From Escherichia phage vB_EcoM_SA35RD, in the sequence record OL960577.1: a stretch of DNA of 64,000 bases; one strand, written 5' to 3'. The translations under genes were made by a program, and so were the position numbers. Of the stretch, positions 42,143-52,246 are shown piece after piece. The notes beneath the pieces are model-generated. The model had not been told where the DNA came from. It worked only from the letters and a program-made list of their open reading frames with translations, and made no database searches. The first letter of the stretch is position 1, and each line of letters opens with the position of its first letter.

Positions 42143-42783
42143 TGAATAAACCCGAGTTACTTATTGAAACTTGGGGTCAACCCGGTGAGATTATTGATGG
42201 CGTTCCAATGTTGGAATCTCATGATGGAAAAGATTCTGGCTTAAAACCAGGGCTTTATATAGAAGGTATTTTTCTTCAGGCAGAGGTTGTTAACCGAAAT
42301 AAACGTTTATATCCTAAACGCGTTTTGGAAAAAGCAGTAAGTGACTATATTAAAGAACAAGTCGCAACCAAACAAGCCCTTGGAGAATTAAACCATCCAC
42401 CTCGTGCAAATGTTGACCCTATGCAAGCCGCTATCATTATTGAAGATATGTGGTGGAAAGGAAACGATGTATATGGACGTGCTAGAATTATTGAAGGCGA
42501 CCATGGTCCCGGCGATAAATTAGCTGCTAATATACGAGCTGGTTGGATTCCAGGTGTTTCCTCTCGTGGTCTTGGTTCTTTAACCGACACCAATAAAGGG
42601 TACCGTATCGTGAACGAAGGATTTAAATTAACCGTCGGCGTAGATGCCGTATGGGGACCTTCTGCTCCAGATGCTTGGGTTACTCCTAAACAAATATCAG
42701 AATCAGAAAATTCGGTGGAAACCACCAAAAACAGTGCTGATGAAGCATTTAAAGCTCTCGCAGAGAGTTTAAAAGCATTATAA
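42142..42783 (+). CDS. 21: prohead core protease gp21
   Basis: 213 aa; position and length as T4 gp21. Confidence 0.9.
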   Translation: MNKPELLIETWGQPGEIIDGVPMLESHDGKDSGLKPGLYIEGIFLQAEVVNRNKRLYPKRVLEKAVSDYIKEQVATKQALGELNHPPRANVDPMQAAIIIEDMWWKGNDVYGRARIIEGDHGPGDKLAANIRAGWIPGVSSRGLGSLTDTNKGYRIVNEGFKLTVGVDAVWGPSAPDAWVTPKQISESENSVETTKNSADEAFKALAESLKAL

Positions 42784-42786
42784 ATA
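42779..42786 (+). promoter_or_regulatory. late promoter TATAAATA for gene 22
   Basis: Exact match spanning the gene 21 stop, 31 nt upstream of the gene 22 ATG. Confidence 0.65.
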
Positions 42787-42816
42787 ATAATGTAATCTAA
42801 ACCACAGGACACTAAA

Positions 42817-43629
42817 ATGATCAAAGAACAACTTTTGAAAGAAGCTCAGAACATCGAGACTTCAGTTGCTCTTAATAGTGTTTTCGAATCAGTAGAACTG
42901 TCTCCGGACGTTAAAGCTAATTTCAGCACTGTATTCGAAGCCACCGTTAAGCAGGAAGCAGTCAAACTGGCTGAATCTCATATCAAAGCCATCGCCGAAA
43001 AGGCCGAAGAAGAAGTTGAAAAGGCTAAAGAAGATGCTGAAGAGAAAGCTGATAAAAAATTGGCTGAACAAGCTTCTAAATTCCTAGACCATCTTGCAAA
43101 AGAATGGCTCGCAGAAAACCAAATCGCAGTTGATAAAGGCATTAAAGCTGATTTGTTCGAATCCATGCTTGGTGGTCTGAAAGAACTGTTTGTTGAACAT
43201 AACGTTGTTGTTCCAGAAGAATCTGTAGATGTTGTAGCAGAAATGGAAGAAGAGCTGGCCGAACATAAAGAAGAAACCGCTCGTTTGTTCGAAGAAGTTA
43301 CCAAACGTGATGCATATATCAATTACGTTCAGCGTGAAACCGCTATTAATGAAAGCGTAAAAGACCTGACTGAATCTCAGAAAGAAAAAGTTATTGGCCT
43401 GGTTGAAGGTATGGATTATTCTGACGCATTTGGTACTAAGTTAACTGCTATTGTAGAAATGGTTAAAGGTTCTACTAAAGAAGAAGCCGCTATTACCGAA
43501 AGTATAAATACAGTTGACAATGACGCTGCCGGTCTTAATTTTGTTGCCGAAGCAGTTGACACTACCACAACTCAGGTAGAACAGAATTCTAATGTAAGTT
43601 TATATGCGAAAGTCGCATCTCGTTTCTAA
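42817..43629 (+). CDS. 22: prohead core scaffold protein gp22
   Basis: 270 aa, acidic coiled coil; late promoter at 42779. Confidence 0.9.
   Translation: MIKEQLLKEAQNIETSVALNSVFESVELSPDVKANFSTVFEATVKQEAVKLAESHIKAIAEKAEEEVEKAKEDAEEKADKKLAEQASKFLDHLAKEWLAENQIAVDKGIKADLFESMLGGLKELFVEHNVVVPEESVDVVAEMEEELAEHKEETARLFEEVTKRDAYINYVQRETAINESVKDLTESQKEKVIGLVEGMDYSDAFGTKLTAIVEMVKGSTKEEAAITESINTVDNDAAGLNFVAEAVDTTTTQVEQNSNVSLYAKVASRF
43503..43510 (+). promoter_or_regulatory. possible late promoter for gene 23, inside the gene 22 coding sequence
   Basis: Exact TATAAATA 137 nt upstream of the gene 23 ATG; no closer match found. Confidence 0.35.
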
Positions 43630-43646
43630 TTTAAAGGTTAACACAA

Positions 43647-45215
43647 ATGACTACTATCAAAACTAAAGCTCAGCTCGTAGACAAATGGAAAGAACTGCTG
43701 GAAGGTGAAGGCCTGCCGGAAATCGCTAATAGCAAGCAGGCTATTATCGCTAAAATCTTCGAAAACCAGGAAAAAGATTTCGAAGTATCCCCTGAATATA
43801 AAGACGAGAAAATCGCTCAGGCATTTGGTTCTTTCTTGACCGAAGCTGAAATTGGTGGTGACCACGGTTATAATGCTCAAAACATCGCAGCAGGTCAAAC
43901 CTCTGGTGCAGTAACCCAAATTGGGCCGGCAGTTATGGGTATGGTTCGTCGTGCTATTCCTAATCTGATCGCTTTTGATATTTGTGGTGTTCAGCCTATG
44001 AACAGCCCGACCGGTCAGGTATTTGCTCTCCGTGCAGTATATGGTAAAGACCCTATCGCTGCTGGTGCTAAAGAAGCTTTCCATCCGATGTATGCCCCAG
44101 ACGCGATGTTCTCTGGTCAGGGTGCTGCTAAGAAATTCCCAGCTCTGGCTGCTGACACTACTACTGTTGTAGGTGATATCTATACTCACTTCTTCCAAGA
44201 AACTGGTACTGTATATCTGCAAGCTTCTGCTATCGTAACACTTGATTCTGGTGCAACTGATGCAGCTAAATTAGATGCAGAAGTTAAGAAACAAATGGAA
44301 GCTGGTGCACTGGTAGAAATCGCTGAAGGTATGGCTACTTCTATCGCTGAACTCCAGGAAGGTTTCAACGGTTCTACCGATAACCCATGGAATGAAATGG
44401 GCTTCCGTATCGATAAACAAGTTATCGAAGCTAAATCTCGCCAGCTGAAAGCTGCTTACTCTATCGAATTGGCACAAGACCTCCGTGCAGTACACGGTAT
44501 GGATGCTGATGCTGAACTGAGCGGTATTCTGGCTACAGAAATTATGCTAGAAATCAACCGTGAAGTTGTTGATTGGATTAACTACTCAGCACAGGTTGGT
44601 AAATCTGGTATGACCCTGACTCCGGGTTCTAAAGCTGGTGTATTTGACTTCCAGGACCCGATTGATATCCGTGGTGCTCGTTGGGCCGGTGAAAGCTTTA
44701 AATCTCTGTTGTTCCAGATTGATAAAGAAGCAGTTGAAATTGCTCGTCAAACCGGTCGTGGTGAAGGTAACTTCATTATCGCTTCCCGTAACGTAGTTAA
44801 CGTACTGGCTTCAGTTGATACTGGTATTTCTTACGCTGCACAGGGTCTGGCTTCTGGTTTTAATACCGACACTACTAAGTCTGTATTTGCCGGTGTACTT
44901 GGTGGTAAATACCGCGTGTACATCGACCAGTATGCTAAACAGGATTACTTCACCGTTGGTTACAAAGGCGCTAACGAAATGGATGCAGGTATTTACTATG
45001 CTCCTTACGTTGCACTTACCCCACTGCGTGGTTCCGATCCTAAGAACTTCCAGCCGGTAATGGGCTTTAAAACTCGTTACGGTATCGGTGTTAACCCGTT
45101 TGCTGAAAGTTCCCTGCAGGCTCCAGGTGCTCGCATCCAGTCCGGTATGCCGTCTATCCTGAACAGCCTTGGTAAGAACGCTTACTTCCGCCGTGTATAT
45201 GTAAAAGGCATCTAA
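43647..45215 (+). CDS. 23: major capsid protein gp23
   Basis: 522 aa; strong codon bias; strong terminator follows. Confidence 0.95.
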   Translation: MTTIKTKAQLVDKWKELLEGEGLPEIANSKQAIIAKIFENQEKDFEVSPEYKDEKIAQAFGSFLTEAEIGGDHGYNAQNIAAGQTSGAVTQIGPAVMGMVRRAIPNLIAFDICGVQPMNSPTGQVFALRAVYGKDPIAAGAKEAFHPMYAPDAMFSGQGAAKKFPALAADTTTVVGDIYTHFFQETGTVYLQASAIVTLDSGATDAAKLDAEVKKQMEAGALVEIAEGMATSIAELQEGFNGSTDNPWNEMGFRIDKQVIEAKSRQLKAAYSIELAQDLRAVHGMDADAELSGILATEIMLEINREVVDWINYSAQVGKSGMTLTPGSKAGVFDFQDPIDIRGARWAGESFKSLLFQIDKEAVEIARQTGRGEGNFIIASRNVVNVLASVDTGISYAAQGLASGFNTDTTKSVFAGVLGGKYRVYIDQYAKQDYFTVGYKGANEMDAGIYYAPYVALTPLRGSDPKNFQPVMGFKTRYGIGVNPFAESSLQAPGARIQSGMPSILNSLGKNAYFRRVYVKGI

Positions 45216-45239
45216 TCTTAATTGATTAAATCTTATTTT

Positions 45240-45264
45240 GGGAGACTTCGGTCTCCCATTTTTG
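45240..45264 (+). terminator. rho-independent terminator after gene 23
   Basis: GGGAGAC-TTCG-GTCTCCC hairpin followed by ATTTTTGGTTTT. Confidence 0.75.
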
Positions 45265-45267
45265 GTT

Positions 45268-45537
45268 TTATTTCTGTGCAATTTTGATGTAAGTTTTCAA
45301 AATATTTTGCCAATTAGGCATACCTTCTTGGACATACGCTGGAGAACCGTCTTTGTTTTTGAATGATGCAAGTTTATCAGTGGCCCAATAACCTTTAGCT
45401 CGAGCTTCAGAATCAACTTTCATCCATACTTTGTTGAAGGCATTACCATTAACTTTTGCACCATATTTTTCTACTAACTTAACTGCTTCAGCTTCTAGAA
45501 CTTTTAAAGTATCTCGTAAGAAACGTGCTTTAGTCAT
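45268..45537 (-). CDS. hypothetical small basic protein in the gene 23-24 intergenic slot
   Basis: 89 aa (MTKARFLRDTLK...); own early-promoter cassette at 45568..45597; opposite strand to the flanking late genes. Confidence 0.55.
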   Translation of the reverse strand: MTKARFLRDTLKVLEAEAVKLVEKYGAKVNGNAFNKVWMKVDSEARAKGYWATDKLASFKNKDGSPAYVQEGMPNWQNILKTYIKIAQK

Positions 45538-45567
45538 TTTGTTTACTCCTCTGTAGTTGATAAGTCT

Positions 45568-45597
45568 ATAGTATCACATACCAAATACGTTGTAAAC
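45568..45597 (-). promoter_or_regulatory. early promoter cassette within the late-gene block
   Basis: -35 GTTTAC (45592..45597), 18 bp, -10 TACTAT (45568..45573). Confidence 0.5.
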
Positions 45598-45603
45598 AAT
45601 CTT

Positions 45604-45611
45604 TATAAATA
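45604..45611 (+). promoter_or_regulatory. late promoter TATAAATA for gene 24
   Basis: Exact match 28 nt upstream of the ATG. Confidence 0.7.
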
Positions 45612-45638
45612 ATCTATATCACATAAGGAAAAAATGCA

Positions 45639-46922
45639 ATGAGTAAAATCCAAAAATTATTGCGTGAATCTACAACGTCTACTAGCAACTCAATTGGTCG
45701 CCCAAATCTCGTTGCTTTGACTCGCGCTACGACTAAATTAATATATTCTGACATTGTAGCAACACAAAGAACTAATCAACCTGTTGCTGCTTTTTATGGT
45801 ATCAAATATCTTAACCCAGATAACGAATTCACATTTAAAACTGGTGCTACTTATGCAGGCGAAGCTGGATATGTAGACCGAGAAAAAATTACTGAGCTCA
45901 CAGAAGAATCAAAAGTCACACTAAATAAAGGTGATTTTTTCAAATATAATAATATCGTCTATAAAGTGTTAGAAGATACACCATTTGCAGATATTCAAGA
46001 AAGTGATCTAGAATTAGCTCTTCAGATTGCAGTCGTTCATTTAAAGGTACGGTTATTTTCAGATGCAGCGGTAACAAACAAATTTGAAAGCTCTGATAGC
46101 GAAATTTCTGATGCAAGATTCCAGATTAATAAATGGCAAACTTCAGTCAAATCTCGTAAACTTAAAACTGGCCTAACGGTCGAATTAGCGCAAGATTTAG
46201 AAGCGAATGGATTTGATGCCCCTAACTTCTTAGAAGATTTGCTTGCTACTGAAATGGCAGATGAAATTAATAAAGATATTCTTCAGTCTTTAATTACTGT
46301 ATCGAAACGTTATAAAGTTACTGGAATTACTGACACCGGATTTATTGACTTGAGTTATGCATCAGCTCCAGAAGCAGGTCGTTCATTATATCGAATGGTG
46401 TGTGAAATGGTATCACACATTCAAAAAGAAACAACTTATACTGCAACGTTTTGTGTAGCCTCAGCCCGTGCAGCTGCTATTCTTGCTGCTTCTGGTTGGT
46501 TAAAACATAAGCCAGAAGATGACAAGTATCTTTCACAAAATGCTTATGGATTCTTGGCAAATGGATTACCTCTTTACTGCGATACCAACAGCCCGTTAGA
46601 TTATGTTATTGTGGGTGTTGTAGAAAATCTCGGCGAAAAAGAAATTGTAGGGTCCATCTTTTATGCTCCATACACTGAAGGAATAGATTTAGATGACCCG
46701 GAACATGTCGGTGCATTTAAAGTTGTAGTTGATCCAGAAAGCTTGCAACCGTCTATCGGATTATTGGTTAGATATGCGTTATCAGCAAATCCTTACACAG
46801 TAGCAAAAGATGAAAAAGAAGCGAGAATAATTGATGGCGGGGACATGGATAAAATGGCAGGACGTTCAGACTTGTCTGTTTTATTAGGTGTTAAACTACC
46901 AAAAATTATCATCGATGAATAA
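45639..46922 (+). CDS. 24: capsid vertex protein gp24
   Basis: 427 aa as T4 gp24; late promoter at 45604; bidirectional terminator follows. Confidence 0.9.
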   Translation: MSKIQKLLRESTTSTSNSIGRPNLVALTRATTKLIYSDIVATQRTNQPVAAFYGIKYLNPDNEFTFKTGATYAGEAGYVDREKITELTEESKVTLNKGDFFKYNNIVYKVLEDTPFADIQESDLELALQIAVVHLKVRLFSDAAVTNKFESSDSEISDARFQINKWQTSVKSRKLKTGLTVELAQDLEANGFDAPNFLEDLLATEMADEINKDILQSLITVSKRYKVTGITDTGFIDLSYASAPEAGRSLYRMVCEMVSHIQKETTYTATFCVASARAAAILAASGWLKHKPEDDKYLSQNAYGFLANGLPLYCDTNSPLDYVIVGVVENLGEKEIVGSIFYAPYTEGIDLDDPEHVGAFKVVVDPESLQPSIGLLVRYALSANPYTVAKDEKEARIIDGGDMDKMAGRSDLSVLLGVKLPKIIIDE

Positions 46923-46929
46923 AACAAAA

Positions 46930-46952
46930 GGGACCTTACGGTCCCTTTTTTT
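46930..46952. terminator. bidirectional rho-independent terminator between gene 24 and rnlB
   Basis: GGGACC-TTAC-GGTCCC hairpin with TTTTTTT on plus and TTTTGTTTT on minus. Confidence 0.75.
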
Positions 46953-46954
46953 CG

Positions 46955-47953
46955 TTATGATACTAATTCAATCCATGCAGGACGCAGAACATCTTGCACC
47001 ATTCGGACTAATTCTTTCTTAACAAGATTCGGATTATCAGATGATGTTAATACAATACCTTCACGAGAAGTTTCTTCCAGAATATCTTGAACAGTCAATC
47101 CCATCACTTTGCCAAAATCTTTTGGCGTTACAGTCCCAATCTTAGAAATCACATTATTAATACGATTTAATGTAACATAACAAGCTAGAACATCAAGCAA
47201 GTTTTTGTCAGTTTCGGTTAATGGAACCTGAGTTTTAATAGGCTTATCAGACTTTTTCTTTTCACTGAATTTAGAGTTCTTGCACTTAATAGCTACACGA
47301 GTACCGTTTGGCAGCCATTTAGGGAAACAGGGCTTCAGAACATAACCTTCTGCCGTATTATCACCAATAACATTAGCATCAAATACACAATTATTTGCTT
47401 CGACAAGGTCTTCTGACGCAGTAGCATTATAAGCGGCTAAGACGGAATCAAGGTCATTTGGAATCATGATAAGAGAATCAAATGTTCCACGACCAAGCAT
47501 TGGTGCCATTTTAAAACCGAATTCATTACAGAAATCTTGCATTTCATAATCGGTCAAATACGTATTATCACCACTTTCTGTATTGATAAGGATATCGAAC
47601 ACATAAAAATCTTTTTCACCGTAGTCAACACCTTTCTGGATTCCACCACCGGCGAATTCACCGAATACTTGATATGATACAGCTCGAGCTGTGTACATGA
47701 ATTCCTGAACGGCTTTAATAGCTTTATCATACTTCTTGAGTACGATTTCATAACCATAAAAATCTTCTGCTGGAAGAATAGGGCCTGTGCGCTTGGCGCA
47801 TGTGACGTTGTCACGTTCAATTATTAACGAGAAGTTGGTCCCATGGATTTTCTCACGTGCTACCCAAACACCGGTAGTCAAACCATTAGTGTAGAGTTTT
47901 TCAATAAACTTAGAGTTGTAGTGGTTTTCAAGACTGCTGTATTTCTTAAACAT
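46955..47953 (-). CDS. rnlB: RNA ligase 2
   Basis: 332 aa; [21 protein letters not shown]...[14 protein letters not shown] (KxHG adenylation motif) near-identical to T4 Rnl2. Confidence 0.95.
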   Translation of the reverse strand: MFKKYSSLENHYNSKFIEKLYTNGLTTGVWVAREKIHGTNFSLIIERDNVTCAKRTGPILPAEDFYGYEIVLKKYDKAIKAVQEFMYTARAVSYQVFGEFAGGGIQKGVDYGEKDFYVFDILINTESGDNTYLTDYEMQDFCNEFGFKMAPMLGRGTFDSLIMIPNDLDSVLAAYNATASEDLVEANNCVFDANVIGDNTAEGYVLKPCFPKWLPNGTRVAIKCKNSKFSEKKKSDKPIKTQVPLTETDKNLLDVLACYVTLNRINNVISKIGTVTPKDFGKVMGLTVQDILEETSREGIVLTSSDNPNLVKKELVRMVQDVLRPAWIELVS

Positions 47954-47963
47954 AAATCACCAT

Positions 47964-47971
47964 TATAAATA
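47964..47971 (+). promoter_or_regulatory. orphan plus-strand TATAAATA directed antisense into the 24.2/24.3/hoc genes
   Basis: Exact late-promoter octamer 11 bp from the rnlB start codon on the opposite strand; no plus-strand ORF downstream. Confidence 0.3.
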
Positions 47972-48044
47972 ATAATATCAAAATAATTAGCAGAGACTCT
48001 GTCTCCGACCAGATGTTTAATTTGAATGGATAGAACCTAGATTC

Positions 48045-48070
48045 ATTATACCATCAAAAAATGTAAAGCA
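48045..48070 (-). promoter_or_regulatory. candidate middle promoter for rnlB
   Basis: Minus-strand MotA box TGCTTTA (48064..48070), 13 bp, -10 TATAAT (48045..48050). Confidence 0.4.
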
Positions 48071-48072
48071 TA

Positions 48073-48324
48073 TTAGAACTTGATTTCTATCCAATGACCA
48101 TCACGCTGGTCGTGATTAATTTTATACTGAAAGCCATTATCACGTAACCACTGCCCGACTTGCTCAGTGATAGTTAAATCGTTCTTTGACGGGTAGTACG
48201 TGAATTGTGTCTGGCCTTTATCAGCGGCTTTCTCTGCCATCACAGAGAAGTTAGTAATAAAATCACTCAACAAATTAGCTTTAGTGGCCAGTGCCCTTTC
48301 TCTTAATTCCTGTGCAAAACTCAT
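48073..48324 (-). CDS. hypothetical protein (24.2 position)
   Basis: 83 aa ORF between rnlB and hoc. Confidence 0.5.
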   Translation of the reverse strand: MSFAQELRERALATKANLLSDFITNFSVMAEKAADKGQTQFTYYPSKNDLTITEQVGQWLRDNGFQYKINHDQRDGHWIEIKF

Positions 48325-48521
48325 TTCTTCACCTTTTTGTTAATCAAACGTTTACGGTATACAACTTTTTCTTTTGCTTTAAACTTTGACCGAGCTGTCT
48401 CGGCTTTAGTCCATAGTAATCCAACTTCTTTAGGTTGTAAACCAATTTTTTGAGCAATTTCTACGAATGAAAATCCCGCCTCATGTAATGTATAAACTTC
48501 AACTTCAGCTCTCATAATCAA
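48321..48521 (-). CDS. hypothetical small basic protein (24.3 position)
   Basis: 66 aa ORF with Lys-rich C-terminus. Confidence 0.45.
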   Translation of the reverse strand: MIMRAEVEVYTLHEAGFSFVEIAQKIGLQPKEVGLLWTKAETARSKFKAKEKVVYRKRLINKKVKK

Positions 48522-48584
48522 TCCAGTATTATTTGGTTTGTGCCATTATATACATCAATCTCAAGATGTGTTTTGTATGCTTTA

Positions 48585-48610
48585 AAAACGAAGAAAGGGG
48601 CCGAAGCCCC
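48585..48610 (-). terminator. terminator after hoc
   Basis: GGGGC-CGAA-GCCCC hairpin followed by TTTCTTCGTTTTT on the minus strand. Confidence 0.5.
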
Positions 48611-48616
48611 TTACGA

Positions 48617-49747
48617 TTATGGATATGTATAGATGATACCAGTTTCCAAAGCAGTTTTATGGATGATGTATCCATTACGTGATTCTTGAACATCAACTTC
48701 CGGATAGTCTTTCATCATCTTCTGAAGAGTGTAACGATGCAGGTAGTATTTACTATCTGGATCTTCAGTTTTCCAATCTTTACCTTCTTCAGTCATTTTT
48801 TGGATTTCATCCATAACCCACCATCCGCACCAGATGTAAGCTGAAGTACGATGTGGAAGAGGATGAACATAAGGTAGTTCACCTTCTGGTTCTGGAGCAA
48901 CTTTATCAGTTACCTGAACTTGACCTTCTGCTGTAATAGTTTTTCTATCGTAATCAGTTGCAGTAATAGTTGCAGTAACTTCAATAGTTTGACTTCCAAT
49001 AGACGAGGTATCAACGGTATATACATTAGTTGACCCTTCTACAGGAGAAGAATCTTTCTTCCATGAATAAGTAATTTGTGCTTCTGGTGGTGCATCAGTG
49101 ACATTAGCAGTAAATGTGGCTGAAGCGTCTTGCTGAACATTAATAGAAGGAGGGGTCAACGTAACCTGTGGATTCATTGTCTTCTTATTAACCGTTAATG
49201 ATACTTCATTCGAAGTAACTTCCTTTGCATCATAATCTGTCGCAGTTACTTGGGCTACACATTTAATTCTTTTTACTCCATTTGTAGTTGGAGTATAATT
49301 AAATGTAGAGTTAGTTTCTCCACTAACTTGAGAACCGTCAACATACCATTGGTACGTAGCAGATGCACCTGATGGCTTCGAAGCCAAAGCAGCGGTAAAT
49401 TTAACAGCTGTTCCAATTACTCCTGCTGGAGGACTATTGGGAGTTACAGCTAAGGTAGTCGTTTGTGTCTTGTTTTGAACTGTGATGGTTGTAGAAGCTT
49501 CTGCTGTTTCAGCTTCAGCTTCTGGAACTGTATTTGTTGCAACTACTTTAATAGTCTTTTGACCGGCAGGTCCTTTTAGTACATAACTAAAAGTTGCTTC
49601 AGCTCCATCTTGCGGAACATCATCTACAGTCCAAGCATATGTAATAGTTCCACCTCCAGTTTCACCACTGGGAGTAGCAGTAAACTGCTTAGTCTCATCT
49701 ATAACTCCAGTAGGTGTTTTAGGAGTTATATCAACTGTAAAAGCCAT
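48617..49747 (-). CDS. hoc: highly immunogenic outer capsid protein Hoc
   Basis: 376 aa (same as T4 Hoc); repeated Ig-like T/V-rich modules. Confidence 0.85.
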   Translation of the reverse strand: MAFTVDITPKTPTGVIDETKQFTATPSGETGGGTITYAWTVDDVPQDGAEATFSYVLKGPAGQKTIKVVATNTVPEAEAETAEASTTITVQNKTQTTTLAVTPNSPPAGVIGTAVKFTAALASKPSGASATYQWYVDGSQVSGETNSTFNYTPTTNGVKRIKCVAQVTATDYDAKEVTSNEVSLTVNKKTMNPQVTLTPPSINVQQDASATFTANVTDAPPEAQITYSWKKDSSPVEGSTNVYTVDTSSIGSQTIEVTATITATDYDRKTITAEGQVQVTDKVAPEPEGELPYVHPLPHRTSAYIWCGWWVMDEIQKMTEEGKDWKTEDPDSKYYLHRYTLQKMMKDYPEVDVQESRNGYIIHKTALETGIIYTYP

Positions 49748-49756
49748 AAGTTATCC

Positions 49757-50425
49757 TTATTTTAATGTTACGAAAGAAGAATTACGAGTTTCACGAATTA
49801 GAACTGATCCATCGCGATTAATATAATAAATTAAGCTAAATAATGTTTGGTGAGCAGAAGCGTGCACAAAACTGGTTGGACGAGATTTCCAATCTGGGGT
49901 TTCGGCTATCCATTGATAAATCCACCAAGGAACAGTAACATATCCTGGGGCTTTGCCTAATTTAATGAGTGTAGGACTAAAATTTTCAGGCAGAACAAAA
50001 TTTACTTCTTTATTTACTTCTGGCTCAGGCTCTTTTTCAGATTCAACAACCTGAGTAATTGCTTCTTCGAATTTATCATGGTCGAATTCTTTTTCTTGTT
50101 CGACAACTTCTAATACTTCAACTTGTTCTGTTGGAGAATCAAACAACAGAATAGCTTCTTCTTTAACTTCTTCGTTGGTGAAATTAACACCGTCCACATC
50201 ATCTGCGGCAGTAATTAAATCGGTGATAGATAATCCATCAGTTTCAGGTAATGGTTCATCAGCCAGTGCGTTAAGAGCTTCTTCGATATCAATAACAATA
50301 TTATCGAATGATTTTGTTTTCTTAACACTAATGCCAAATTGTTCCGCATATTCAAACAGTTTAGCTTTGGCTTCCTTTTTATCAGAAAGAGCACGTAACT
50401 CTTCAATATAGTCTTTATCGATCAT
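49757..50425 (-). CDS. inh: inhibitor of prohead protease (Inh-like)
   Basis: 222 aa acidic protein in the hoc-uvsW slot. Confidence 0.6.
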   Translation of the reverse strand: MIDKDYIEELRALSDKKEAKAKLFEYAEQFGISVKKTKSFDNIVIDIEEALNALADEPLPETDGLSITDLITAADDVDGVNFTNEEVKEEAILLFDSPTEQVEVLEVVEQEKEFDHDKFEEAITQVVESEKEPEPEVNKEVNFVLPENFSPTLIKLGKAPGYVTVPWWIYQWIAETPDWKSRPTSFVHASAHQTLFSLIYYINRDGSVLIRETRNSSFVTLK

Positions 50426-50438
50426 GATATTTCCTCAT

Positions 50439-50446
50439 TATAAATA
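50439..50446 (+). promoter_or_regulatory. late promoter TATAAATA for uvsW
   Basis: Exact match 30 nt upstream of the uvsW ATG. Confidence 0.65.
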
Positions 50447-50475
50447 TAGTTATATTTATTACATGGTAATTTGAC

Positions 50476-51990
50476 ATGACTGACATTAAAGTACATTTTT
50501 ATGATTTTAGTCACGTGCGCATTGAATGCGACGAAAGTACGTTTTACGAACTTCGTGACTTTTTTAGCTTTGAAGCTGACGGGTATAAATTTAACCCAAA
50601 ATATCGCTATGGGAACTGGGATGGTAGAATTCGTCTTTTAGATTACAACCGTTTGTTACCATATGGACTTGTAGGACAAATAAAAAAGTTCTGTAACAAT
50701 ATGAGTTATTCTGTATGGATTGACCCTAAAATCTTTGAGACTGAAGACCTTACCAGGGAAGATTTTGACTCATGGCTTTCTAAACAAGAAATTTATTCAG
50801 GCAACGCCAAAATCGAACCACATTGGTATCAAAAAGATGCAGTATACGAAGGACTAGTTAATCGTCGTCGAATTTTAAACCTTCCGACATCAGCAGGTAA
50901 ATCACTAATCCAAGCACTTTTAGCTCGGTATTATCTAGAGAACTATGAAGGTAAAATTCTCATTATCGTCCCTACAACAGCATTGACAACCCAGATGGCT
51001 AATGATTTTGTTGATTATCGCTTGTTTAGTCATTCGATGATTAAGAAAATTGGCGGTGGTGCTGATAAAGCGGACAAATCTAAAAACGACGCTCCAATTA
51101 TTGTTGGCACCTGGCAAACGGTAGTTAAGCAGCCTAAAGAATGGTTCTCTCAGTTCGGTATGATGATGAACGATGAATGCCACTTAGCAACAGGCAAAAG
51201 TATTTCTTCAATCATCTCAGGATTAAATAATTGCATGTTTAAATTCGGTTTATCCGGCTCATTAAGAGACGGAAAAGCCAATGTAATGCAGTACGTAGGT
51301 ATGTTCGGCGAAATCTTCCGTCCTGTTAGCACGTCTAAATTAATGGAAGACGGACAGGTAACTGAGCTTAAGATTAATAGTATTTTCCTTCGTTATCCGG
51401 ACGAATTCACTGTTAAATTAAAAGGTAAAACATACCAAGAAGAAGTTAAAATTATTACCGGACTAAAACGTCGTACAAAGTGGATTGCTCAACTTTCAGT
51501 CAAATTGGCTAAGAAAGACGAGAACGCCTTTGTAATGTTTAAACACGTTACACACGGTAAAGAAATATTTGAAGCTATTAAAGAGCTTGGATACGAAAAA
51601 GTTTATTACGTATCAGGTGAAGTTGATACTGAAACACGTAATGCGCTTAAAGTCATGGCAGAAAATGGTAAAGGCATTATTATTGTCGCATCATATGGAG
51701 TATTCTCTACTGGTATTTCAGTCAAGAATCTTCATCATGTTATTTTTGCCCATGGTGTTAAATCAAAAATTATCGTACTTCAAACCGTAGGTCGTGTGCT
51801 TCGTAAGCACGGTTCTAAAGCTGTTGCTACAGTTTGGGATCTCATAGATGACGCAGGTGTAAAACCTAAATCATTAAATACTAAAAAGAAGTATACTCAT
51901 CTTAATTACTTGTTAAAACACGGTATTGATCGTATCCAACGTTACGCTGATGAGAAATTTAACTATGTAATGAAAACAATTAATTTATAA
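50476..51990 (+). CDS. uvsW: UvsW RNA-DNA / DNA helicase
   Basis: 504 aa; Walker A PTSAGKS and DECH box; near-identical to T4 UvsW. Confidence 0.95.
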   Translation: MTDIKVHFYDFSHVRIECDESTFYELRDFFSFEADGYKFNPKYRYGNWDGRIRLLDYNRLLPYGLVGQIKKFCNNMSYSVWIDPKIFETEDLTREDFDSWLSKQEIYSGNAKIEPHWYQKDAVYEGLVNRRRILNLPTSAGKSLIQALLARYYLENYEGKILIIVPTTALTTQMANDFVDYRLFSHSMIKKIGGGADKADKSKNDAPIIVGTWQTVVKQPKEWFSQFGMMMNDECHLATGKSISSIISGLNNCMFKFGLSGSLRDGKANVMQYVGMFGEIFRPVSTSKLMEDGQVTELKINSIFLRYPDEFTVKLKGKTYQEEVKIITGLKRRTKWIAQLSVKLAKKDENAFVMFKHVTHGKEIFEAIKELGYEKVYYVSGEVDTETRNALKVMAENGKGIIIVASYGVFSTGISVKNLHHVIFAHGVKSKIIVLQTVGRVLRKHGSKAVATVWDLIDDAGVKPKSLNTKKKYTHLNYLLKHGIDRIQRYADEKFNYVMKTINL

Positions 51991-52002
51991 GGGCTTCGGC
52001 CC
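51991..52002 (+). other. GGGC-UUCG-GCCC tetraloop hairpin between uvsW and uvsW.1
   Basis: Short hairpin directly ahead of the uvsW.1 SD; no U-tract. Confidence 0.3.
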
Positions 52003-52015
52003 TTAGGAGATAAAA

Positions 52016-52246
52016 ATGGTACTTGAATTTAAACAATTTTTATACGAAGCATCTATTGACGAATTCATGGGTAAAATTGCTAGTTGTCATACCTTAGAAG
52101 GGCTTGAAGAATTGGAAGCTTATTATAAGAAACGTATAAAAGAAACGGAATTAAAAGATACAGATGATATTTCTGTCAGGGATGCCTTAGCAGGTAAGCG
52201 TGCCGAACTTGAAGGCGATGATGAGGATGTGGAAGAAGACTTCTAA
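52016..52246 (+). CDS. uvsW.1: UvsW.1 small acidic protein
   Basis: 76 aa ORF directly after uvsW with SD GGAGA. Confidence 0.7.
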   Translation: MVLEFKQFLYEASIDEFMGKIASCHTLEGLEELEAYYKKRIKETELKDTDDISVRDALAGKRAELEGDDEDVEEDF

